Shown here: positions 12,653 to 23,585 of the stretch, one piece after another
How positions within the stretch are numbered: the first letter of the stretch is position 1
How the letters are laid out: each line of letters starts with the position of its first letter
Source of the DNA: an uncultured delta proteobacterium
Lineage (GTDB): Bacteria; Desulfobacterota; Binatia; UBA9968
Direction of reading: 5' to 3'
DNA: 64,000 nucleotides
Assembly: GCA_963816145.1 (NCBI GenBank)
Contig: CAWFJP010000003.1
Coordinates: forward strand, 480,001 to 544,000
Made by a program: the position numbers and the translations under genes
Notes under the pieces: generated by a model
The model's input: only the letters and a program-made list of their open reading frames with translations
Databases searched by the model: none
What the model was told of the DNA's origin: nothing

Positions 12653-14401
12653 CTATCCTCGACCCGAGTGTTTCGCATTCGCCGTTCGCCGCAACTCCGC
12701 CGTCCGCGCCGTATCGACAAACCAATTCCCCGGCAACTTCACCAAGTCATCGACTTTGCCCTTATAGCGAATCGCCACCCCGTAACTCTTCTCAGCCTCA
12801 TTCGCCGTCACGTAACCTTCGATCACATCCCAGAGAACTTTATCCGGGTCGCGTTTGAACGGATCGCCGTAACCGCCGCCGCCAGGCAGATTGATGTGAA
12901 TAACCTCACCCTTGGTTAAATCCTTGAGCGCCTTGGCGTGAAGCTTTTTGCCATCGTCGGTGGTCACTTCCCCAGGCGCGCCGGATCTTCCACCGAGCAG
13001 TCCGGGTGCGGGATACTCGGTGCGATCGGCGATGGAGCTGACGCTCCATTTGCCTTCGCCGCGCCGGGTAAATTCGGTCAACTGTCCGAGCCCGCCGCGC
13101 CAGGTCCCAGGGCCGCCGGAATCGGCGCGCAGTTCGCGCCGCTTGAGCACCACCGGCGACAGGCTTTCGATTACTTCCGCCGGCACGCCGGCGACACCGC
13201 TGGGAAAGCCAACCGCATTCAAGCCGTCTTTCGACGGCCGAGCGCCGGTGCCGCCGACTTGGAAGACGGTTAAAGTAAATGATGGATTCTGGCCGCGCCA
13301 GACACTGAGCCAGATCGGATCCGCGCCCGGCGCCATCAATCGTCCCGGCAGCGCGCCGGACATGGCAGCGAAAATCGCGCTTGGAATGAAATGGCCGATC
13401 ACCTGACGGCTCGCCACCGGCGCGGGATCGAGGGCGTTCAAGATGCTGCCTTCGGGCGCGCTCACATGCACCGGGCGAAAGCTGCCCTCGTTGTGCGGCA
13501 CGTCCGGACAGATCGCGGCTTTGATGGCGAAGCTGGCATAGGCATGAGTGTAGTTGAGCACGACGTTGATGCCGCGGCTGCTCTGCGGTGAGGAGCCGGT
13601 GAAGTCGATGAAGATATCTTCGCCGGCGACTTTCACCGTGCAGCGCACCAGGATCGGCTCTTCAAAACCGTCGCTCCAGGTCTCGCTCGACCATTCGCCG
13701 GCGGGCAATTTGGCGATCTCGGCGCGCACCGCGGTTTCGGAACGGCGGATGATTTCTTCGGCAACCTCATCGATTGAATCGAGTTGGAATTCGTCCATCA
13801 TTTCGAGCAGCGCCCGGCCGCCGGTTTCATTGCACGAGGTCTGGGCGTAAAAGTCACCGATCACTTCGTCGGGCTGGCGCACGTTCGTGCGGACGATTTG
13901 CATGAGAATCTTGTTGGGCTCGCCGCGGTCGAACAGCTTCATGATCGGGATGCGCAACCCCTCTTCGAAGACTTCCCGCGCTTCGGCGGAAAGAATCCGC
14001 CCGCCGATGTCGGCGCTATGGCAGGTGTTGGCGAACAAGGCGATCAGCTTGCCGTTTTTGAAGATCGGCGTGGTGATGGTGATGTCGTTGATCTGCCCAG
14101 CGGTTTGCCACGGATCGTTGGTGATCAAGACATCGCCCGGCGCCAGCCGGTCGGGCGGAAACGCGGCGAGAAAATGTTTCATCGATGTTGCCATAGCGTT
14201 GATATGGCCGGGCGTGCCGCTGATCGATTGCGAGATCATCCGCCCCTTGGTGTCGAACATGCCGCAGGCTAAATCCTGGCTTTCGCGCACAATGGTGCTG
14301 AAGGCGGTGCGGATGAGCGCGTCCTGCTGCTCGTTGGCCACCGATAAGAAGCGGTTCCAGATCACCTCCAAAGTAACCGGATCGATGACTTTATTTTCCA
14401 T
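12653..14401 (-). CDS. Hydantoinase B / oxoprolinase family
   Basis: DPVTLEVIWNR, RTAFSTIVRE, LITNDPW, DSGGPGTWRGG, PGGGGYGDP motifs. Confidence 0.9.
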   Translation of the reverse strand: MENKVIDPVTLEVIWNRFLSVANEQQDALIRTAFSTIVRESQDLACGMFDTKGRMISQSISGTPGHINAMATSMKHFLAAFPPDRLAPGDVLITNDPWQTAGQINDITITTPIFKNGKLIALFANTCHSADIGGRILSAEAREVFEEGLRIPIMKLFDRGEPNKILMQIVRTNVRQPDEVIGDFYAQTSCNETGGRALLEMMDEFQLDSIDEVAEEIIRRSETAVRAEIAKLPAGEWSSETWSDGFEEPILVRCTVKVAGEDIFIDFTGSSPQSSRGINVVLNYTHAYASFAIKAAICPDVPHNEGSFRPVHVSAPEGSILNALDPAPVASRQVIGHFIPSAIFAAMSGALPGRLMAPGADPIWLSVWRGQNPSFTLTVFQVGGTGARPSKDGLNAVGFPSGVAGVPAEVIESLSPVVLKRRELRADSGGPGTWRGGLGQLTEFTRRGEGKWSVSSIADRTEYPAPGLLGGRSGAPGEVTTDDGKKLHAKALKDLTKGEVIHINLPGGGGYGDPFKRDPDKVLWDVIEGYVTANEAEKSYGVAIRYKGKVDDLVKLPGNWFVDTARTAELRRTANAKHSGRG

Positions 14402-16469
14402 CGCTCAACTCCACAACAACATTGAGCTTATCGTCGACCCGCGCCCGGCCCCGGGCGCCGACGATCAAAGTCGATTCGCGCTCCTCGACGATCGCCGGGC
14501 CATTGAACCGCATACCCGGCTCAAGCGCGTAGCGATCATAAATCGCGGTCTCGACGTAGCCATTGGTCTCAGGAAAGAATGCCAAGCGCGAGCCTTTGCG
14601 CGCGTCACCGCCTTTGGAGGAACCACGCGGCAGCTTCAAACTCATGTCCGGCCGTGGCCCGCTCGCGATTACACGCCAGTTGATTACTTCAAGCGGCACA
14701 TCCGGTCCTTTGCGGCCATAAAGCGATTCGTAGGTGCGCTCGAACTCGGTGCCAATGCGCGTTAGATCGCCGGCAGCGAGCACGCCATCGGGCAGCGCCA
14801 CCGAAACCTCATGACCTTGACCGATATAGCGCAAGTCAGCTGTGCGCTGGTAGCGAATCTCGCTGGAATCTAAACCGGAACTTTCCAAAACCTGACGCCC
14901 TTCTTGAGCCATGCCATCGAGCAAGCGATTGGCCAAGTTCCAATCCAGCTCATCCATCCGGCTATAGGCGCTGCGCACAAAGTCGAAGGCCAGCGGCGCG
15001 CTGAGCAAACCGAATGTCGAACCAACGCCGGCACCGAACGGCGAGATCAAAGCCGGCAAGCGCAAAATCTCGGCGACCCGATAGCCATGCACCGGTCCGG
15101 CCCCGCCGAAGGCGTACATCGGCATGCGCCGGGGGTCTTTGCCCCGCTCGCCGAGATGCGCGCGCGCCGCGTTGGCCATATTCTCATTGACGATCTGATG
15201 GATGCCCCAGGCAACTTGCTCGGCAGACATTTTCAATGGTTTGCCCAATCGTTCGAGAGCCTGTTTCGTGCGCTCCATATCGAGCTTCATCCTGCCGCCG
15301 AGAAAATAATTCGCATCGAGATAACCAAGCATCAGATCAGCGTCGGTCACCGTAGGCTGAGTGCCGCCCTGGTCATAGCACACTGGACCGGGATCGGCGC
15401 CCGAACTGTCCGGACCGACCTTCAGCAATCCGAGAGAATCGACCCGGGCGATGCTGCCGCCGCCGGCGCCGATCTCGATCATGTCGATCACCGGAATGCG
15501 CACCGGCAAACCGCTGCCCTTGCGGAAGCGATAGACACGGTCGACTTCGAATTCGTGGGTCTTGAGCGGCTGGCCATCGTCGATGACGCACAGCTTGGCG
15601 GTCGTGCCGCCCATGTCGAAGGAGAGTAAATCGCGATGGCCCGACCGCAAGCCCGCTTCCGCCGCCGCGATGGCACCGGCAGCGGGACCCGATTCAAGCA
15701 GGCGAACGGGAAATCGTGAGGCGGTTTCGCGCGTGGCGATACCGCCGCTCGACAGCATGACGAAAAAGCTGCCGTGAAATCCGACCTTGTCCAAGCGCGC
15801 TTGTAACTGGGCTAAATAATCGGCCACCCGCTCCTGGACGTAAACGTTCGCCAGCGTAGTGCTGGTGCGTTGAAATTCACGAATCTCGGCCACCACTTCG
15901 GAGCTCAGCGACACGCGAATACCCGGCGCGACCTCGGCGATGATTTCGGCGCTGCGCTTTTCATGAGCCGGATTACGAAAACTGTTGAGATAACAAATGC
16001 CGATAGCCTTGATGCCCTTGTCGCGCAGCTCGCCGACCAGCTTGCGCACATACGCTTCGTCCAACTTTTCCAGGACGCTGCCATCGGCGGCCAAGCGCTC
16101 GGGCACATCGAAGCGCAAATGGCGCGGCACCAAAGGTTTGGGCAGATCTAAATTGAGATCGTAAAGCTCGTAGCGATGTTCCCGGCCGATCTCGACGGCA
16201 TCGCGAAACCCGGCGGTCGTCAGGAGCGCAGTCAAAGCGCCTTTGCGCTCGATCAATGCGTTGGTCACCAGTGTCGTGCCATGAATCAGCGTGCCGCGCG
16301 CGCGGGTATCCACCGAGCCGTTTTCCAACACCGGCCGCAGCGCGTTCTCCACCGCAAGGCTGGGATCCCCCGGTGTGGTCAAAGTCTTAGCAATGACGGC
16401 GCGGCCGTCGTCGCCGACCAACAGCATATCGGTAAAGGTGCCGCCGATATCGATGCCTACGCAAAACAT
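14391..16469 (-). CDS. Hydantoinase A / oxoprolinase family
   Basis: GIDIGGTFTD, HGTTLVTNALIERKG, ESGPAAG, DMGGTT, GAGGGSIA motifs. Confidence 0.9.
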   Translation of the reverse strand: MFCVGIDIGGTFTDMLLVGDDGRAVIAKTLTTPGDPSLAVENALRPVLENGSVDTRARGTLIHGTTLVTNALIERKGALTALLTTAGFRDAVEIGREHRYELYDLNLDLPKPLVPRHLRFDVPERLAADGSVLEKLDEAYVRKLVGELRDKGIKAIGICYLNSFRNPAHEKRSAEIIAEVAPGIRVSLSSEVVAEIREFQRTSTTLANVYVQERVADYLAQLQARLDKVGFHGSFFVMLSSGGIATRETASRFPVRLLESGPAAGAIAAAEAGLRSGHRDLLSFDMGGTTAKLCVIDDGQPLKTHEFEVDRVYRFRKGSGLPVRIPVIDMIEIGAGGGSIARVDSLGLLKVGPDSSGADPGPVCYDQGGTQPTVTDADLMLGYLDANYFLGGRMKLDMERTKQALERLGKPLKMSAEQVAWGIHQIVNENMANAARAHLGERGKDPRRMPMYAFGGAGPVHGYRVAEILRLPALISPFGAGVGSTFGLLSAPLAFDFVRSAYSRMDELDWNLANRLLDGMAQEGRQVLESSGLDSSEIRYQRTADLRYIGQGHEVSVALPDGVLAAGDLTRIGTEFERTYESLYGRKGPDVPLEVINWRVIASGPRPDMSLKLPRGSSKGGDARKGSRLAFFPETNGYVETAIYDRYALEPGMRFNGPAIVEERESTLIVGARGRARVDDKLNVVVELSDGK

Positions 16470-16495
16470 AAGAATTGGGTTCAACAGGTCAAACA

Positions 16496-16560
16496 TTCAA
16501 GGTTCACGCCCACGGGATTCTTGTCCGGCCTTGAACTTTTGAAGCCTTGAACCTTGAACG
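16496..16560. repeat. TTGAAC/TTCAA-type short tandem and inverted repeat
   Basis: ttcaaggttca…ccttgaacttttgaagccttgaaccttgaac; related runs at 31790-31822 and 40691-40719. Confidence 0.55.
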
Positions 16561-16564
16561 GATA

Positions 16565-17584
16565 TTATTGGGCGAACAAATCCAGCAAAGGTTGCGTCTG
16601 ATGCGCCGCGGCCGGCCGAAGTAGCGGCACCTGTACCCCCGCGTCACGGTACTGCTGCACCCGCTTCTTGACTTCATCGGGCGTGCCGCTGGCGGTCATG
16701 CCCTCGACGTAGGAGTCGGGGATCGCTTTGATCAATCCTTCCATGCCGCCTTGAGCATGGGCTTTTTCAAATAGCGGAATATCTTCCTTGTGGATGTACG
16801 GCTCGCCGACGCGCATCTTCGGTCCGGCGATGAATGAGATTTGCACCGGGTCGAGCTTGGTCGCCACTTCCCAGCGCACCGCGTCGAGAGCTTTCTTGTG
16901 GTTGTCTTCGATGGAACAGTTGATGATTTGCGCGACGAAGAATTTGGAGAAGTCGCGCCCGGCCTGCTGCGCCGACTCCTTGATGATTCGCAAGGCGTTA
17001 ACGGTGTACTCCGGCGAGCAGACGGCGTTGAGTATCACGCCATCGCCGACGGCGCCGGCAAGTTTCAAGCCCACGGTGGCCGTCGCCGGGACGTAGAATG
17101 GAATATGCGAGCGCACCGGTTTCCAGCCCAAACCGACATTGTCAAAGTTCACGAACTTGCCGTGATAGGAAACCTTCTCGCCGGAAAACAACAAACGCAT
17201 GGACTCGATATACTCGCGCAACACTTCGCTCGGCGTGGCGCCGACGTCCTGCGGCAGCGCGTGCACCCGGGCGTGGCTCTTGGTGCAAGCTCCCGGCGCC
17301 GCCGTTATGCGCCCGCCGCTGAGTTCGTCCAAGGTCGCCAGCGATTGCGCCATCACCACCGGCCCGCGCAAGCGCACGATTTGGGTCGTCCCCATGATCA
17401 TGTTCTTGGTCGCCAAACTGATCGCCGTCAACGAACTCACCGAGTCGCGCATGAGCTCGATGGTCTCGGAGAAAAACGCCATCTCGAAGCCGCGCTCCTC
17501 GGCCTGCTTCATCACATCGGCCATCTCGCGCACGTTGGTAAACTTGCCGTAACCCAATGCGTAGCCCACTCGTGCTTTTGCCAT
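16565..17584 (-). CDS. LLM-class flavin-dependent oxidoreductase
   Basis: AEERGFE, LATLDELSGGR, AGAVGDGVILN, GTPDEV motifs. Confidence 0.8.
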   Translation of the reverse strand: MAKARVGYALGYGKFTNVREMADVMKQAEERGFEMAFFSETIELMRDSVSSLTAISLATKNMIMGTTQIVRLRGPVVMAQSLATLDELSGGRITAAPGACTKSHARVHALPQDVGATPSEVLREYIESMRLLFSGEKVSYHGKFVNFDNVGLGWKPVRSHIPFYVPATATVGLKLAGAVGDGVILNAVCSPEYTVNALRIIKESAQQAGRDFSKFFVAQIINCSIEDNHKKALDAVRWEVATKLDPVQISFIAGPKMRVGEPYIHKEDIPLFEKAHAQGGMEGLIKAIPDSYVEGMTASGTPDEVKKRVQQYRDAGVQVPLLRPAAAHQTQPLLDLFAQ

Positions 17585-17736
17585 GTACACTCACTCCTTG
17601 ATTGAACGGTTCGAATTGGCTGATACAGCCGTGAACACTAGACTTATTCCTACGCAAAGGTACCTGGCGAGTCAATCGCACGGGGCGTGATTACGGTCTA
17701 GGAGCTGGCAGACGAATTCACGGATCAGAAGATGAA

Positions 17737-18720
17737 TTATCTCTTTGGCAAGTCCTTTAACGCCTCGGCGAGATAACTCTGATCGACATACTTGGCCACG
17801 CTGGTCAGCTGGCCCTTAGCATTGATCTGGTCCATGTAGATGCGGATCGCGTATTCGGTTCCTTTGATGCTCAAGTCTCCGTCGGGGTGCCAGATTTGCT
17901 GCTGCGTGTAATACTCCCAACCGCGGCGGGCGTAAGCCGGTTTCAACTGCATTTCGTGGGCGAGGAAATCAATCGCGGCCTCCTTGTTGTCGTACATCCA
18001 CCGGTGCGTCAACGCGATCGCCTTCATGAACCGCACCGCGAGCGAACGATTCTTCTCGGCCCAAGAACGTTTCACCGCCAATGCGCTCAATTCGAATTCC
18101 GGCACCGCGTCGATCAACCGTCCGACGATATTCAAGCCGCTCTCCTCGGCGATATAATTGAGCGGGATGGCCACTGTGGTGGCGGCGATCTGGCCGGACT
18201 GCAGCGCGGCTAAATTAGCCGACGAGCCGCCGGCCAAGACAAGAATTTTATAATCGCGCGGATACTCGAGCCCCTTGGCTTTGAGTGCCGCCTTCATCGC
18301 CGTTACGGTGCCGCTCGTCAACGACGACGCGCCGAACGTCGCACCGCGCAGTTCTTCGATGGATTTGTATTTCTTGCCGGCGACGATGTCGTGGGTAAGT
18401 CCGTTGATGATACCGCCGATCATCACCAGATCGAGACCGCGCTCGGTGGCCTCGTAAAACGCCTCGGCGCCGCCCGAGCCGACATGCAGCGAGTTGGCTG
18501 CCAAGGCCTGAACGTTCATCGGCGTGCCGCGCAGCAAAACCAGCTGGCCGTCCAACCCTTGCTGCTCCAGAAATCCCTTCTTGACCGCAACCCAAAGAGG
18601 CCCGTAACCGAGAGTCTTGCTCGACGCGCCGAAATAGATCTTGGGTTTGTCCTGGGCTTGCCCGAGACCAATATCCGAGACTAAAAGTGCAAGCAAAGCG
18701 ATCAGAGAGCGGATAGCCAT
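17737..18720 (-). CDS. NMT1/TauA-family solute-binding protein
   Basis: Signal peptide; PLWVAVKKGFLEQQGLD, LRGATFG, AALQSGQI motifs. Confidence 0.8.
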   Translation of the reverse strand: MAIRSLIALLALLVSDIGLGQAQDKPKIYFGASSKTLGYGPLWVAVKKGFLEQQGLDGQLVLLRGTPMNVQALAANSLHVGSGGAEAFYEATERGLDLVMIGGIINGLTHDIVAGKKYKSIEELRGATFGASSLTSGTVTAMKAALKAKGLEYPRDYKILVLAGGSSANLAALQSGQIAATTVAIPLNYIAEESGLNIVGRLIDAVPEFELSALAVKRSWAEKNRSLAVRFMKAIALTHRWMYDNKEAAIDFLAHEMQLKPAYARRGWEYYTQQQIWHPDGDLSIKGTEYAIRIYMDQINAKGQLTSVAKYVDQSYLAEALKDLPKR

Positions 18721-18872
18721 GCAACGCCTCCTTGGTCTCGGCCAGTTCCTTGTACGATTATTTGCCATCCCCACGCCGCCACCTGGGCGTCTGCCATACG
18801 CCCCTACACACGGATTCGTATTTTTTGTGTTCTATGTGCTCTTTGTGGACGCTTCCGACGCCGAGTCCAGCC

Positions 18873-19976
18873 TTACGGATGCACGCTCTCCAAAAACCAA
18901 TCCGTCGGCAGCTCCCGGCCTATGCCTTTGGCGACGGCTTCGCTGTAAACCGCGGCGCCGACCGCGGCGAATTGCAAACCGATGCCGATGTTGTTGAGAA
19001 AGCATGTCGACTCCTGAGCATTGGCGCGCCCCTGGGCTTTGCCCGTGACAAGATCTTTTAAATCCGGCGCCGACAACCAGAACGGATGCTCGACATTGAG
19101 TTCATGGGCATGGGCCGGTCCCAATTTGATTATGTCGATGGCGTCATGGGCATGAATGCCTTCTTCGCCGTAGCCGGCTATGTAATTCGCCGGCGCATGC
19201 TGGTGCGCATGAATCACCAAGCGGTCGACTTTGCGTATCGTATCGTCGCCCAACTCCGGCACGCGCACGCAGGTCAAATGCAGTCCGGGCTTGACCCAAT
19301 CAGCGCTAACCACGCGGGAAAGCGAATTGGTCGTCGCGGCGATAATATCGGCATCACGGATCGCCTCTTCCGGCGAATCCACCGCGCGCAGTTCGGCGCC
19401 CACTTTCGGCTGTAATTCTTTGACGAAGGTTTCGCGGTTGGCCTTGGTCGGGCTATAAACATTGATGCGCTTGAGCGGTCGCACCGCGCACATCGCCGGG
19501 ACATGGCTGCCGGCCTGCCAGCCGGAGCCGAACAGCGCCATGGTGCTGGCGTCTTCGCGCGCTAAGTAACGCGCCGCCAATGCACTGCTCGAAGCCACGC
19601 GCATGCGCTGGACGACGCCGTCAGGGAACATCGCCAGGGGTTCGCCGGTGACTGTAGAGAACAACATCACCAGGCCCACGTACTTGTCACCCGGCGCGGC
19701 GCGAAGTTTGGTTTTGATGGTTCGGTTGCCCTGTTGGGTCCAACGAATGATGTCGGAGTTGATGCGCATGGCGACAATCGGTGGATCGTACAGTCCGGCT
19801 TCCATCGATTTGAAAGCATAAACCCCGGCCTCGGTCGGCGACGGCATAACCAGATCGGTGCGCGGCCGGTTGATCGCCGTGCCCTTGTTCCAACTGGCGT
19901 AGGCTTTCTCCAGCGCGTCGATGCAAGTTTTGATAGAGAGGAACGACTCGATTTCTTCATTGCTGAGTATAATCAT
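18873..19976 (-). CDS. Ornithine cyclodeaminase / mu-crystallin family
   Basis: TGEPLA, MRVASSSALAARYLAR, FGSGWQA, GIGLQFAAVG motifs. Confidence 0.85.
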   Translation of the reverse strand: MIILSNEEIESFLSIKTCIDALEKAYASWNKGTAINRPRTDLVMPSPTEAGVYAFKSMEAGLYDPPIVAMRINSDIIRWTQQGNRTIKTKLRAAPGDKYVGLVMLFSTVTGEPLAMFPDGVVQRMRVASSSALAARYLAREDASTMALFGSGWQAGSHVPAMCAVRPLKRINVYSPTKANRETFVKELQPKVGAELRAVDSPEEAIRDADIIAATTNSLSRVVSADWVKPGLHLTCVRVPELGDDTIRKVDRLVIHAHQHAPANYIAGYGEEGIHAHDAIDIIKLGPAHAHELNVEHPFWLSAPDLKDLVTGKAQGRANAQESTCFLNNIGIGLQFAAVGAAVYSEAVAKGIGRELPTDWFLESVHP

Positions 19977-20073
19977 GGAGCTGAAATATCAGCGCGGTCA
20001 GCTATCGTCAAGACAGTGATCATTGACTAAGGACACTGAACTCGATTAGCCTCGCGACCAGGAGAGACTAATT

Positions 20074-20931
20074 ATGAAAACCATCGCATTGCTTCATCCA
20101 GGCAATATGGGCACAACCATCGGCGCTTGCGCCGCGACCAGCGGCGCCCGGGTGCTCTGGGCATCGGCACTGCGAAGCGCCGCATCGCGCAAGCGCGCCG
20201 AGCAGGCCGGACTGATCGATGCCGGCGACCTAGCCGCCGCCGTCCGTCAAAGCGATATTGTTCTGTCGGTCTGTCCGCCGGAGTTCGCCACGGAAGTCGC
20301 CGTGAACGTCGCCGCGCAACAATTTGAAGGGATTTATGTGGACGCTAACGCCGTGTCGCGCGCGACCGCTGAGGAGATCGGCAAGATCGTTACGAAAGCC
20401 GGCGCCAGCTTCGTCGACGGCGGCATTATCGGCTCACCGGTCAAGAAAGCCGGCACGACCAGAATGTATCTCTCGGGAGAGAAAGCCGCGGAGATCGCTC
20501 AAGTATTTTCCGCCAGTATGTTGGATGCGCGCAGCATCGGCGCCATCGCCGGCGCAGCATCGGCTTTGAAAGTCGTCTATGCCGCTTGGACCAAGGGCAC
20601 GGACGCGTTAATCCTCGCCATTCGCGCGCTCGCCACCCACGAAGGCGTGGACAACGCATTGCTGGAAGAATGGAAGATCTCTCAACCGGCGCTGGAAAAC
20701 AAATGCCTGCGCGCCGCCGCCGTCGCCGCGCCCAAAATGTGGCGTTACGTCGGCGAAATGAGAGAAATTGCCGAGGCGTTCCAAGCCGCCGGCTTGCCGA
20801 GCGGATTTCACAACGCGGCAGCGGAGGTGAGCGAGCGGCTCGCCTACTTCAAGGATCAAACCGAGCCGCCTCTGTCAGTAGCAACGGTACTTGAAAAGCT
20901 GTTGTCAACTGGAACGCAATCCCCGCATTGA
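20074..20931 (+). CDS. NAD(P)-dependent oxidoreductase (6PGD NAD-binding + DUF1932-like domain)
   Basis: HPGNMG, YVDANAVS, VDGGIIG, ASALKVVYAAWTKG, WRYVGEMREIA motifs. Confidence 0.75.
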   Translation: MKTIALLHPGNMGTTIGACAATSGARVLWASALRSAASRKRAEQAGLIDAGDLAAAVRQSDIVLSVCPPEFATEVAVNVAAQQFEGIYVDANAVSRATAEEIGKIVTKAGASFVDGGIIGSPVKKAGTTRMYLSGEKAAEIAQVFSASMLDARSIGAIAGAASALKVVYAAWTKGTDALILAIRALATHEGVDNALLEEWKISQPALENKCLRAAAVAAPKMWRYVGEMREIAEAFQAAGLPSGFHNAAAEVSERLAYFKDQTEPPLSVATVLEKLLSTGTQSPH

Positions 20932-21040
20932 CCAGTTTTGCCGCCATCGCTGCCTGAATTGACGAGGTCCTTCGCTTGCGCTGATCTAAGCAACCACGGC
21001 GATTGCCGAGACTGCGTCGGCAAGTTAATTCTTTGATCAA

Positions 21041-22144
21041 TTATTTGAAGAACATCTTGTCGAACAGCTCGACCCACTTTTCTTCCTTGTCGTAGAGTAG
21101 CTCCGGTGCGATGAAGTTGAACTTGGAGAACTTGCCGCCGCCGGCTTTTAGATCGGCAACTTTCGCCGGCACATCGGGATGGGCCGGCAGATAGTCGGCT
21201 TCCTGCAGAATCTTCTGACCGTCCTTCGACAGCAGAAAATCGATGAACAGCATGCTCGCATGCGGGTGCGGCGCATTTTTTGCCAGGCCGAGGGTCTTTA
21301 CCAGCGCCGGCACCGGTTCGATGGCCTGCCAGTCTACCGGCGCGCCGGCGGCGCGACTGATCACCGCATGGTAGTTGAACATGTTGATGCCGATGGCGTA
21401 TTCGCCGGCAACCACCATGTCCATGACCGCCCGGGCGCTGGCGGTGCTCTTGGCGACGTTCTGCGCTGTCAGCTGCTTCAGATAAGCCATGCCCTTCTGC
21501 TCGCCCAGCGTGATCAGCGTGTTGCCGAGAAACACCGGCGCGCCGGAGCCGCCGCTGGTGTTCCAAACCATTTTGCCTTTCCATTTGGGATTGAGCAGAT
21601 CGCTTAGCGACTTCGGCACTTCATTGGCAGCGACCAGCTTGGTGTTGTAGCCCAGCGTCATGAAATACAGGTTGGGCACCGCCCAGTAGCCCTGGGGCTC
21701 TTTGAGCCGGGCCGGATAGTCACGCAACTGGGGCGTCGAGAAACGTTGAATGTAACCGGCCTTCTTCAACATGACGATGGTCGAAGTGCCGTCGAGGACG
21801 TCGACGTCGTAACGCTTGGCCTGATACTCGGCCAGCATGCGCTGCGCCAAGGCCTCGGAATCGGCGCGATGATATTCGACCTGAACGTAAGGATATTTTT
21901 TCTCGAAGGCCTGCTTGATCGGCTTGAGCGCTTGGTTGACGATCAAGGTGGTATACCACAGGAGCTTGCCTTCCTTTTTGGCACCCTCTTCAAGCAGCGA
22001 TTGGCGGTTGACCGATGTCGTCAGCGCGACTTCCTCCACGGTGGCGCCTGCGGTCGCATTCGGTATGACAAGCCCTAACAGAGCGATAGTTAGCCCAAGC
22101 CGCAGCGACTGACGGTACACGCAATCCCATGACGTTTTCTTCAC
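21041..22144 (-). CDS. Extracellular solute-binding protein (AfuA/Fe3+-like)
   Basis: GAKKEGKLLWY, YNTKLV, LLNPKWKGK, APHPHASMLFIDFLLS; GGAGG precedes GTG 22144. Confidence 0.8.
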   Translation of the reverse strand: MKKTSWDCVYRQSLRLGLTIALLGLVIPNATAGATVEEVALTTSVNRQSLLEEGAKKEGKLLWYTTLIVNQALKPIKQAFEKKYPYVQVEYHRADSEALAQRMLAEYQAKRYDVDVLDGTSTIVMLKKAGYIQRFSTPQLRDYPARLKEPQGYWAVPNLYFMTLGYNTKLVAANEVPKSLSDLLNPKWKGKMVWNTSGGSGAPVFLGNTLITLGEQKGMAYLKQLTAQNVAKSTASARAVMDMVVAGEYAIGINMFNYHAVISRAAGAPVDWQAIEPVPALVKTLGLAKNAPHPHASMLFIDFLLSKDGQKILQEADYLPAHPDVPAKVADLKAGGGKFSKFNFIAPELLYDKEEKWVELFDKMFFK

Positions 22145-22329
22145 TAACGCCTCCCGAAATCTCACCGCTTGATCCAATCGCGCCATATATAACGCCGCCT
22201 GGCTCAGAAAGAAACAAAACACTCAAATCGCACCCTGCCGTGCGTCTTTGTCATTCCTTTTGACATCGCCCGGCCGTTCTTATAGGTAACCGTCTAGCAC
22301 CTGGTGGAGGGGGACATCTCGACGACGAG

Positions 22330-22668
22330 ATGCGCAATACTATGGACAAGCTCGGATATATCATTTCGGAAGCGCCAGTCTTTTTCTTAGTGATCTGGGT
22401 TGCCGTGCGGCTGGTGCAATATCGCCGTTATCGAAACAAGCAGCCGCTCTTCTCGGAACGCGACAGGGCGATGCTGTTCCCGGAAAATAAAGTCGATTTG
22501 CGATCGCCGGCGCTGCGGGTCAAATTCGCCCGCTGTATTTTGCTTGCCACCGCCGCGACGTACGTCGAATTCCTCATGTTGGCGCCACTCGGCGCGGCGA
22601 TTTTGTGCATCGCGCTGGTGCTCACCACTGCCGGCATCGTGCAAGGCATCCTGTTCGATCAATCTTAA
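22330..22668 (+). CDS. Hypothetical membrane protein
   Basis: 112-aa ORF with about 3 hydrophobic segments; upstream GGAGG. Confidence 0.5.
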   Translation: MRNTMDKLGYIISEAPVFFLVIWVAVRLVQYRRYRNKQPLFSERDRAMLFPENKVDLRSPALRVKFARCILLATAATYVEFLMLAPLGAAILCIALVLTTAGIVQGILFDQS

Positions 22669-22745
22669 TCGGCAGAATGGCCGCTGAACTCTCCAACCCA
22701 GAACCCAAAGGCGTAGCGATGCGGCGCTGAGACTGTTTTTTGAAG

Positions 22746-23207
22746 TCAGTCCTTTACCTGAACGATCACTTCATTTTCCACCGGCGCATTTTGACTCAAC
22801 GAAGCCACGCCGATGGCAGCCCGAGTATGCCGTCCGTTTTCGCCAAACACTTCTATCAGCAAATCTGACTCCCCGTTGGCGACTTTCGGCATATCGGTGA
22901 AGCCCGGTGCGACGTTGACGTAGCAGAGCACTTTGACGATGCGCTCGACTTTATCGAGATCGCCCAGCGCCGCTTTCATCGTCGCCAGATGATTGAGCGC
23001 GCAATTGCGTGCCGCGTCGTAGGCCTGTTCGAGGCTCACCTCGGCGCCGACTCTACCGCGGTATTTGATCACGCCGTTGATCCGGCCAATGTTGCCGCCG
23101 ATGAACAACAGATTGCCGACCCGCACGTAGCCGATGTAATTGGCCGCTGGTGTCGGTGGGTTGGGTAGTTCGATACCAAGAGCTTTGAGTCTATTGTCGA
23201 TTTCCAT
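22746..23207 (-). CDS. RidA/YjgF family protein
   Basis: RLKALGIELP…ANY, VANGESDLLIEVFGENGRHTRAAIG motifs; RBS GGAGG. Confidence 0.85.
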   Translation of the reverse strand: MEIDNRLKALGIELPNPPTPAANYIGYVRVGNLLFIGGNIGRINGVIKYRGRVGAEVSLEQAYDAARNCALNHLATMKAALGDLDKVERIVKVLCYVNVAPGFTDMPKVANGESDLLIEVFGENGRHTRAAIGVASLSQNAPVENEVIVQVKD

Positions 23208-23585
23208 GGACACCTCCGCGCTTTTGAAATAATTCCGCAAACCCGACTGGACAGCCGCATCGCGAGACAAATCCCTGTGCAGTTAAACATAATCTGACCC
23301 AACGCTCCCTGAATTCTCGCCAATCGCAAGATTAGCTTGCAATTTCCGAAGCAAGTGGCGAATCTGCAAGGATTGAGAATTATCTCCCGACATTCAACAG
23401 CACAAACAAAATAGTCGACGATCAACCAGAGTTGTGCACCGAAGAACCCGATAGCCGGGGACCAAAAAACCCACTGTTTCTACTCCGTGTCACCCAGAGT
23501 TCTGCAAGCTGTCAGGAAATATAGATCCAATAGGGCAAAATCATGGGCTTAACATGTTGCACGACTTTTGCGCTAGGACGAGGTC

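Noticed and set aside
23555-23571. Sigma54 promoter-like TTGCAC-N5-TTGC upstream of 23586
   Set aside because: Lacks the invariant GG of the -24 box.
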